Origin: Octopus vulgaris
Taxonomy: Eukaryota
Assembly: GCA_951406725.2 (NCBI GenBank)
Contig: OX597835.1
Span: 9,858,001 to 9,922,000, forward strand
Length of the DNA stretch: 64,000 nucleotides
Direction of reading: 5' to 3'
Part shown: piece after piece, positions 54,087-64,000 of the stretch
Position numbering within the stretch: position 1 is the stretch's first letter
Layout: each line of letters opens with the position of its first letter
The notes under the pieces: generated by a model
The model's database searches: none
Told to the model about the DNA's origin: nothing
What the model saw: the letters and a program-made list of their open reading frames with translations, nothing else
Translations under genes and position numbers: made by a program

Positions 54087-54090
<4 letters not shown>
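53965..54090. repeat. Perfect 126-bp palindrome centred on (TA)n
   Basis: 63-bp arms; centre between 54027 and 54028. Confidence 0.95.
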
Positions 54091-54164
<74 letters not shown>

Positions 54165-54217
54165 GAAAAAACAAGTAAAAAATAGAAAATGCTAAAATAA
54201 TTTTATAGTGAACATTT

Positions 54218-54255
54218 CAGTACCGGTTTCGGTCATTTTGAGACCTTTTCAACTG
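54218..54255 (-). ncRNA. Minimal type I hammerhead motif with U3-A8 covariant core
   Basis: CAG-UUGAAAA-GGUC-UCAAAAU-GACC-GAAAC-CG-GUA^CUG. Confidence 0.6.
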
Positions 54256-54381
54256 TAACGATTAAATAATTAAATTTAGAAAAATTAGAAGAAAAAGAAT
54301 ATTTCTATAGTAGTGTTCAGATTTAAGTGGCATTCTGCCTTTCTCTGACTCCCTTGTTTGCACTTGTGTGTTCGAGGTAGT

Positions 54382-54576
<195 letters not shown>

Positions 54577-54680
54577 GAAACGAGGCGGTTGCAATTAAAT
54601 ATATCCAATGATCTCTGATGTGGAAAATGTAGGCGTCGATGCACGTAATTCCGTTATCTCTCCCTTTATATCTTTCGTGC

Positions 54681-54722
<42 letters not shown>

Positions 54723-55001
54723 GATTTTAAACTTTATTTCTTTATCTCTTTGCTTTCTCTCTTTCCGTTTACTTAAATACGGGAATATATGCGTTGTCAT
54801 CACGGTTGTTGGTTCGCCAAAGTCAACGCTCTGGTGGAACAGGCCTACGGTAAACTTAGTGGCAGCCAAGTCGAAGAATGTACGTTTAGAAACACACACA
54901 TACACACACACACACACACACAAACACACACACCACGTTCACATACGTATACATGTGTATGTGAGTGTGCATATATATATGTGTGTACACGTATATATGT
55001 G

Positions 55002-55047
<46 letters not shown>

Positions 55048-55048
55048 A

Positions 55049-55277
55049 GGCGGCGAGCTGGCAGAGTCGTTAGCGCGCCGGGCGACCTGCGTAGCCGTAT
55101 TTCGTCTGTCGTTACGTTCTGAGTTCAAATTCCGCCGAGGTCGACTTTGCCTTTCATCCTTTCGGGGTCGATAAATTAAGTACAAGTTACGCACTGGGGT
55201 CGATGTAATCGACTTAATCCCTTTGTCTGTCCTTGTTTGTCCCCATCTATGTTTAGCCCCTTGTGGGTAGTAAAGAA

Positions 55278-55280
<3 letters not shown>
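55049..55280 (+). mobile_element. Family B SINE monomer, full length
   Basis: GGCGGCGAGCTGGCAGAGTCGTTAGC...AAAGAAATA. Confidence 0.9.
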
Positions 55281-55320
<40 letters not shown>

Positions 55321-55632
55321 TGTATGTATGTATGTGTGTATTCCGGATTGCTTTATCTAACATGTGCACCCAGCCAAAAGGATGCTAGGTAATTTGAGGG
55401 AAGTTTGCTGTTATTTCTAGCACATCAAGTGCTAGATAGTGGTGACTATGTAGGTTCGCGTGCATGTGTGTTCACTAGTATATCTGTATATACGTGTATG
55501 AATGTTTATGTATGTAGGTGTATGTATGTAGGTGTACGCATGTGTCGGTATGTGTATGTGTGTGTTTGTGTGCTTGCTTTGACGCTGAAGTTGAAGATAA
55601 ACCAATACAGGTTAACAGTTAATCCATACCCC

Positions 55633-55669
<37 letters not shown>

Positions 55670-55673
55670 CCTT

Positions 55674-55778
<105 letters not shown>

Positions 55779-55832
55779 TATATATATCTTTCTCTCACTC
55801 TCTCTTTCTTTCTCTTTCTTTCTCTCTCGCTT

Positions 55833-55908
<76 letters not shown>

Positions 55909-56304
55909 TCTCTCTCCCTCCTTCTCTCTCTCTCCCTACTACTGCTCTCATTATCCGAGGGTCTATACACATGACCGAACATATAAAACTGTAGGTGTTT
56001 GAATGACGCAAACATCGCAGTGCCAACTCTCCACTGAATAAGTAAATAACGATCTGTCACTCTATTTAAATATGATTAAGGATGTTAGAAACATCTACAT
56101 CGCTAGAAATAACAGCTAAACCGCTCAAATGCTGCGGTCAAAGCACATACTTGTATACATACTAACAGGGACCGTAATCGGGATAACCCAGCACGCATCG
56201 GTCAGTTTCGGCTTTTCGCCGTAGCCTCTCCAGTGGGGTCGGCTCGACTCGGATGATTCCGGACTAGAATGACTACCGGTATATATGTTTATACCATCAT
56301 TCGC

Positions 56305-56440
56305 TTTTGCCGAACCGCTAACTTACGGGGACATAAACACACCAACATCGGTTGACAAGTGATGGTGGAGGGACGAACAGAGACACACACGCAAATATAT
56401 ACTCACACACACACACACATACACATATATACATATATTT

Positions 56441-56494
<54 letters not shown>

Positions 56495-56652
56495 GATGGG
56501 CTTCTTTCAGTTTCCGTCCACCAGATCCACTCACAAGGCTTTGATCGGCCCGTGGCTATAGTAGAAGACACTTGTCCAAGGTGTCAGGCAGTGGGACTGA
56601 ACCCAAAACCATGTGTTTGGAAAGCAAATTTCTTACCACACAGTCATGCCTG
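56305..56652 (-). mobile_element. Family C SINE (3'-truncated)
   Basis: Homology to 53291-53665. Confidence 0.85.
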
Positions 56653-56734
56653 AATGTAATTCGCACAGACAGACAGATGGATAGATAGACACACAGACAG
56701 ATGGATAGCTAGTTTGGTACACGTATTTATATAT

Positions 56735-57092
56735 TTTTTTATCTAGTTTCAGCTCACTAGCTGTGGCCATGCTGGGGCACCGCCATTTGGTGTTGCTACA
56801 TGATTTTACTTCACGAATGCTTTTTAGCAATTGCCATTTGGTGCATGAGAGAGTTCGATGCAGCTGCCCTCATCTGCACCTCCTGTCGTGAAGTTGGTTC
56901 ATCTGGGACACCTGACAAGAAGAGATCCAGTTTCATTTTAAAGACATCTGCATCCACTTTGTGGTTCTTCGGGAGGATATTGAAGAGCTGTGGGCCTCGG
57001 AAGCCCAGGCTATCACAGTATCTTGTCCTACATCTTGATGGCAAATTTGGAGTCCTTGGCACAATGCAGTGGCTCCCAGTTCTGGCATTTGT
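56735..57092 (-). mobile_element. CR1-like LINE 3' end
   Basis: NARTG.HC..P...SLGFRGPQLFNILP...FKMKLDLFLSGVPDEP...RAAASNSL; 3' tail GGCGGTGCCCCAGCATGGCCACAG...GAAACTAGATAAAA. Confidence 0.85.
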
Positions 57093-57709
57093 GTATATAT
57101 ACATATATATTGGTGTACCATAATGAGGACTTTCAAAGCGGCATCACACAACTCAGACACGTAAAAACTGACCTCAGTCAGTGTTTTATGGGAAATTGCT
57201 TGTTGCACAGGTTGCTTTTCATCGCTTACGTGGTGATAATGAATCCGGAAGCCAGATAATAATTTCCCATATTAATGTAATTAGAATTCAGCCATTTATA
57301 CATGCATGCATAAAAATATATAGCTATATATATATGCGTGTATGCATGAATTTACGTAAGCATGTATGTACGTCTATGTATATTATTTATGTATACACAC
57401 ACACACAAACCACACACACATGCATACGCATACACACACACACACACACACACTCGTGACTAGTAGGGCTTTCGCTTCAGCGGAACAAGGTACTTCAGAT
57501 CATACAGACACAATTCCAAATTTACTGATGAAACGCTTTGATCAAACATTAGTCACGTAGTTTTAAGTAATCAGTCAAACATTCACAATAACTGCGTTAC
57601 AATTTTTGATCACACACACACACACACACACACACGCATTGGTACTTACTGATATCTACAAACATTAGTCATGCTTATTTAGTCTCTTCTTCCCTTGCTA
57701 TATTTCCTA

Positions 57710-58080
57710 CTCTCTTTTTACTCTTTTACCCTCTTTTACTTGTTTCAGTCATTTGACTGCCGCCATGCTGGAGCACCGCCTTTTAGTCGAGCAAATCGAC
57801 CCCGGGACTTATTCGTTGTAAGCCCAGTACTTATTCTATCGGTCTCTCTTTTGCCGAACCGCTAAGTGACGGGGACGTAAACACACCAGCATCGGTTGTC
57901 AAGCAATGCTAGGGGGACAAACACAGACACACAAACACATACACACACACACATATATATATATATATACATATATACGACAGGCTTCTTTCAGTTTCCG
58001 TCTACCAAATCCACTCACAAGGCATAGGTCGGCCCGGGGCTATAGCAGAAGACACTTGCCCAAGATGCCACGCAGTGGGA
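57710..58080 (-). mobile_element. Family C SINE (5'-truncated)
   Basis: Homology to family C; flanking direct repeat ACATTAGTCATGCT. Confidence 0.88.
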
Positions 58081-58271
58081 CATTAGTCATGCTCTTCTTC
58101 CCTTACTTTATTTCCTGCCATCATTTCTCTATTACTTCTACTCCTAAATCCAATTTTATAATGTTTCAAGAAGAATCACCTTCTTCAATCCATCGCTCAT
58201 CTTTGCCAACAACGTCCGTCGCCAACCTTCTCCGCATCCCGCTTTGTTTAAACTCCCAGAAAACTTCGCTT

Positions 58272-58458
58272 CTCTTACATTATTTACAGTTGACGGATAT
58301 TTGTCCTCATCTTCTTTGTTGTTAACTAAAAGTTTCAGCTGATATACCCTCCAGCCTTCATCAGGTGTCTTGTGGAAATTTCGAACCTGGGTTCTCATTC
58401 CTAAGGTAATTTTTGATGTTGCTGTTGTCGTTATTGTTATTATTATTATTATTATTAA

Positions 58459-58522
<64 letters not shown>

Positions 58523-58672
58523 TAGTTTTATTTTTATAGCGTGCTTTCACTTCACTACCGAGCGCAGCTCTGTGTGCCTTAGGTATGTGTTGTGATTTGT
58601 TGTGATGCTCTGATGGTTATTGTATGGAAAGTGTTCTTCTTCTTCTTCTTCTTCTTATTATTATTATTATTA

Positions 58673-58721
<49 letters not shown>

Positions 58722-58962
58722 AGTCTCTGCTTGAAATAGAACTCGGAATCTTGGGGTTAGTACCCGCGCTCTCAACCACTACGCCGTATGCCCGTGGGCA
58801 TACCTTAGAAATGAGAGCCCGGGTTCGAAATTTCCCCCAAGACACCTGATGAAAGCTGGAGGATATATCAGCCAAAACGTTGTGTTGGCAACAAAAAAAA
58901 ATGAGGACAAATATCCGTCAAATGTAAATAATCTAAATAATGTAAATAATGTACATAATTCC
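58272..58962 (-). mobile_element. tRNA-headed, hammerhead-bearing retroposon with a 5' inverted copy of its tail
   Basis: Minus strand: tRNA-like head 58793-58720, (AAT)n, tail 58420-58272 with CTGATGA-AGGCTG...CAGCT-GAAAC; 58801-58962 is the same tail on the plus strand. Confidence 0.7.
58520..58640 (-). mobile_element. LINE 3' end (probably R4/Dong-like) nested in (AAT)n
   Basis: Minus strand ...TLSIQ* then a short 3'UTR ending AATAAAACTACTG(AAT)n; (AAT)n on both sides. Confidence 0.5.
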
Positions 58963-59336
58963 ACATCTCTAAAATACGGAGCTATATTCACTACTCTTGT
59001 TCACCACCGCAATTACCATGGCTAATTACGCAAGAGTTTTGCTGTTTCTGTTGATATGGAAAAAGCTTGACCATTGCATCTTACATTCCTCCTTCGCCAT
59101 AATTATTCATTTATACTCAAGCAAGCTTTTTCCCCGTCCTGCTCATCTTGCTCACTCTTTCTTCCTTTCTCCAAGTTCCTTTCCTCCATTAGTTAATTAT
59201 CAGCTTCTCATCTTATTGCCCCCTACAACATTAATTTCTCTTCCTCCTCTTTCTTTCGTCCTTCTCGATCTCCATCAATACATACATCTGTAAAAATATC
59301 CATACATACACATATGTATATGTATGCATATATATA

Positions 59337-59439
<103 letters not shown>

Positions 59440-59928
59440 TATATGAATTGATGTATTGATATATGAATTGATAACACGCTTTGTTGTTTAGTTTTGTTTT
59501 AAATTTTCCTCTTCGATTTCGTTTCTCTGTGATTCATACCAAATTAGGATTCCGAATATTACTGACAAAATCTGCAAATCTACATTATAAGCAATAACAA
59601 TAATGACAATACTTTTGCTGTCATCACAAACGCAACAACAACAGCAACAACGATAACAAAAATGGCTGCCAAAGGCCCCCAGCACATATAACATTTAATA
59701 AAATCTGTTTCCCGAAGCTAATTTCTGATGAGTTTCTAAAACAACTAGTTTTCTTTTTCCTTTCTGCTCATATTTTTCTTATCTTTATTCTCTGTTCCTT
59801 TTTTTTTTCTTTGTTCCTGACAGTATTTTTTTTTCTATTTTTTGATATATTCCATCTTTCTTTGTTTTTGATCCCAACCGAACTGTCATCATCGTTCTGT
59901 GATTCATTTAAGAAATGTATAAATAAAA

Positions 59929-60442
59929 CTAGCAGTATCGCCCGGCGTTGCTCGGGTTTGTAAGGGAAATAACTATATAAGCATTTTTAGAGAGTTACTT
60001 CCCTTATAGATGCCAATTCGGGCTTTCTTAGCCATTTCTGTTTTGGTGTCTTCAAGCCATGAAGTCGTTGTTCTAAAAGATCGCTGGTCTCCTTGACAAC
60101 GCTTTACGACGTTGATTTCCTTACACTCCCTTCCCCACAGCTTCACGAGGGAGGGAAGAAGGAGGAGAAGCAACACAGGTGCAGGTGTGACCATGGACGC
60201 CAACTCCGCCGCCATCGACACACGAAAAATTATGCATTAAAATGGAATAAAAAATGATGTTAAATTTTTTTTTAAATCGTAGACACATTGTAGACGCGCG
60301 CTAATACCCAGACGGGCTTGATATGAATCACGACTATAAGATACCCGAATTTGGTTAAACTGCACCGCAAAATGTGGGAGTAGTTAGGAATCTAAATCGA
60401 AGGGGACAGACACTCACACAACTACAGTTTTATATATATAGA
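59929..60442 (-). mobile_element. Non-autonomous Helitron with an extra internal segment
   Basis: A|CTAG...TATATAGA|T; both ends match 7121-7521 and 22401-22797; ~60010-60225 is unique. Confidence 0.88.
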
Positions 60443-60831
60443 TATATACGTGTGTTTTATTGCCTTCGTTGAGCCCTGTTTGTATTTGTGCTGCTCTTAT
60501 CTAACTCACAGCAGCTTTGTATAATAGACAAATGGAGTAAATATTAATTTGTGACATTCTTGTTTTTATTACAAATCTTTTCATATGGTGGTCTTCTACC
60601 AGTTGGAGAGTCTTCTTGACATTACAGAGCGTTAAAAGAAAAAGAAAACTCTGCCTTTTACTCTTCGATGTTTCGCTTTCCAGTGTTAATATAGAGAGTT
60701 TTGAATAAAATAAAGAGCTTTTATTTATCAGGAATGGGGAGTATGTCTGAAAGAAATCCTAAAATTCTAATCTTCAGTGACGTGATATTAAAATGATTGA
60801 GTCTCTTAAATGTTTTTTTGTATTCTTGCAG

Positions 60832-61199
60832 GTCAGCCATAACCGATCAGACTTCTTGCCAAACATGTTCCAGCCGTGAACATCGCGTTTATTTATTTCA
60901 CAGGCACAAATAATGACAATTTTATGCTGTCTTTCTTGTTTGTTGGGGTTTTTTTGTGGGGGTTGTAATTTGCGATCATGTCTAGTAAATCGACCAACGG
61001 TCTACGGCCTCCACCGTTGTCTGAATATGCTTGGTTAGCGTTTAGTTCTACATCCTTGATGCAGAAGCTTGGGCTTTCTCGAACAATACAAGCGAATGAC
61101 CACCACCGGTCGATCATAGTTGGAGAATCATCAAATAACTTTGTAATGCTAGCCAAAAAAAGGAGCCTTGCCTTCTACACTCCGTTGAAGTCCTTTGGG
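60832..61199 (+). other. Candidate exon (possible 5'UTR plus start at ATG 60978), product unknown
   Basis: Acceptor-like TTTTTTGTATTCTTGCAG ending at 60831; non-repetitive ORF MSSKSTNGLRPPPLSEYAW...PLKSF; donor-like GG|GTAATT near 61199. No homology recognised. Confidence 0.25.
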
Positions 61200-61621
61200 T
61201 AATTCTTAATGTGAGGGAATCAGATTAAATGTGTGTGTGCGTGTGAGCGTGTGTGTGTGAGAGAGAGAGAGAGTGTGAGACGTTATGCGCACGATTTGCG
61301 TTTATAAATCTGCTTAGCATTATACTATACAACCGAATATTCACAAATTAATGCCAATAAGGAAAGCTAGCTTGACAGATCATCGGAACATCATGGTTAG
61401 TCTCCAAGAAAAAAGTCTGATTGATTGGATCTTTTGAATTTTTAGTTACATGGACACATTAGTTCCACGTAATGATTACTATGACTGATAGCCGAATCTG
61501 CAAGAGGAGCTTTTTTTTTCAATAATTGCATGATTCTCTGTATCTTACACTGCTCATTTATAGATACAATAAGGAAGAGACGCCGACAGATATAAATTTA
61601 CATAATATATATATATAATAT

Positions 61622-61694
<73 letters not shown>

Positions 61695-61723
61695 ATATGT
61701 ATATATATATATATATATATATA

Positions 61724-61930
61724 GGGGATTGATAGATCGTTAGCTACTACACACATTTTTTTCTCTCCTTATTTCTCTCCTTGTTTTTTTCTGTGTATCT
61801 TTCTGTAGAAGAGCGTAGGCTCGAAACGTAAAACACTTTTTTTTTCTATTCCTGGGCGCTATACTAATACATCTGTTTGTTTGTACACCACCTGCCTTCG
61901 TCTTTTGTTTATTTTCGTAAACTATCCCTT
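61724..61930 (+). mobile_element. Small Penelope-like repeat with mutated hammerhead (61800-61833)
   Basis: TTT-CTGTAGA-A-GAGC-GTAG-GCTC-GAAAC-GTA-AAA; flanked by (TA)n. Confidence 0.6.
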
Positions 61931-61946
61931 TATATATATATGTATA

Positions 61947-62006
<60 letters not shown>

Positions 62007-62584
62007 GCTGGTGATAGTAATGGTGTCATGCGAATAATTAAAAATTTATCTAATCGCATTAGTACTGATAGCGTTAACAGCTTCGCCATTGTGGCAGACG
62101 GATGAAGCCTCATATAAAAAATACACCACGGTTAAAAGAAAATATCCAAATTGATCATTTCTCTTCTCCTTCGTAACATTGGTATATTTATATACATGTG
62201 TGCGTGTGTGTATGTATATCGTACAGACATGAAAGTAATATTTCGAACGCAGTATAGTCATGAAACCAGCAGAAAGAATGGGTATTTTACCCTTGTATGA
62301 CGGGGGAAAAAAAGAAGCAGTGGACTCTACAAAGCACCTCCCATTTGCCGGTTGATTATATATTTGGAGTTTTGCATTGGATTTCCGAGGGCATTTTGAA
62401 TTCCTGACTGCAATGGATCGTCAGTGGAACACATTATTACATTCTGTTAAAGAGATCTAGTATTTGCTAATATCTAATGGAATATGAGATCTCTCTAACA
62501 GAAGGCAATATAGCAGTCCCTTGATGATCCATACCGTTTAGTCATCCAAATGCATATATACACGCACACACACATATACATATA

Positions 62585-62999
62585 TACTCTTTTACTCTTT
62601 TACATGTTTCAGTCATTTGACTGAGGCCATGCTGGAGCACCGCCTTTAGTCGAGCAAATCGACCCCGAGACTTATTCTTTGTAAGCCCAGTACTTATTCT
62701 ATCGGTCTCTTTTGCCGAACCGCTAAGTGACGGGGACGTAAACACACCAGCATCGGTTTTCAAGCAATGCTAGGGGTACAAACACAGACACACAAACACA
62801 TACACATACATACATATATATATATATACATACATATATACGACAGGCTTCTTTCAGTTTCTGTCTACCAAATCCACTCACAAGGCTTTGGTCGGCCCGG
62901 GGCTATAGCAGAAGACACTTGCCCAAGATGTCACGCAGTGGGACTGAAGCCGGAACCATGTGGTTGGTTAGCAAGCTACTTACCATACAGCCACTCCTG
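62585..62999 (-). mobile_element. Family C SINE, near full length
   Basis: Near-identical to 18100-18495. Confidence 0.9.
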
Positions 63000-63000
63000 T

Positions 63001-63055
<55 letters not shown>

Positions 63056-63145
63056 GGTCCCGGGTTGATTCGGGGTTAACCACAGTAAATAAGGTACTCA
63101 ATACATAGCAGAGTAAAATTAATTTATTATATAGAATGAGTTTAT

Positions 63146-63225
63146 AGGACTAGAACTGTTTCATTCAAGAGAAATCATCAGGAAGCTTCCTGATGATTTC
63201 TCTTGAATGAAACAGTTCTAGTCCT
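63146..63225. repeat. Perfect 80-bp palindrome carrying CTGATGA...GAAAC on each strand
   Basis: 40-bp arms centred on AAG|CTT; imperfect extension to ~63122-63251. Confidence 0.92.
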
Positions 63226-63245
63226 GTAGAAGCTCCTTCTATATA

Positions 63246-63282
<37 letters not shown>

Positions 63283-63866
63283 CATATGTGTATATGTTGT
63301 GTCTTCGTAGAGTCATTATGCCAATAATTGCACAACATGCAGAGGTTCGATTCCACGACTTTATTGACTAACAATAAAGAAGGTTAAGAAGTTGTAAAAG
63401 AAGTGGAATTGAACCTGTGCGTGTGTTATAATTGGCCTAAAGGCTATCCACAACATAATATGTATCAACACACGTCAAGAATCTTGGAAAACTAAAATCC
63501 AAAAATGAAATATTACTATGTGTATATACATACATATACAAATATATATATATATAAGAAATTGAATTAAAGCTGCAACATACACTCACACATAGACATA
63601 CATACATACATACACACAGTCCTCCATACACACACGTTCAATCACTATTAGTAGACCACATGCACAGAGGTACGCTCTCATACCCCTTATCTCACATCTG
63701 TCTATGAACAGAAATAAAGAGATTTTCAAATAAATCTTAATTTATCTGATAAATCAGAAGCAAAAATATATAAGCAAGATTTCTCTATAATAAACAATTT
63801 TACAATCTGTATACGTCTGACGGACGTATATACGTCGCTAAAACTGTGTGCATGTGTGTGTGTGTT

Positions 63867-63899
<33 letters not shown>

Positions 63900-64000
63900 T
63901 TGGGTGTGTGCGCGGGCGTGTATTTGTATATGTGTAAATATATATGTATATATATATATTTACTTATATATATATATATATATGTATATCAACAATCAAG

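Overview
AT-rich eukaryotic (metazoan) non-coding DNA dominated by microsatellites and retroposon or transposon relics. The tRNA-derived SINE families and overall repeat landscape resemble an octopus (coleoid cephalopod) genome; this is recalled resemblance, not a database result. No intact host gene was recognised. Nearly all supplied ORFs are microsatellite or repeat translation artefacts, and only one weak exon candidate (60832-61199) remains. Supported content: four tRNA-headed SINE families (called A-D here), truncated LINE fragments (Tx1/L1-like, R4/Dong-like, CR1-like, RTE), five non-autonomous Helitrons with canonical ends, two Tc1/mariner derivatives, an old tandem segmental duplication (~45.9-54.9 kb) and several long palindromes beside (TA)n. 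The most notable signal is a set of minimal type I hammerhead-ribozyme motifs in small Penelope-like repeats. One of these combines a tRNA-like Pol III head, an (AAT)n linker, a hammerhead-bearing tail and an inverted copy of that tail at its 5' end (58272-58962), which suggests a ribozyme-carrying, Penelope-mobilised SINE. Repeat boundaries are approximate unless stated as exact.
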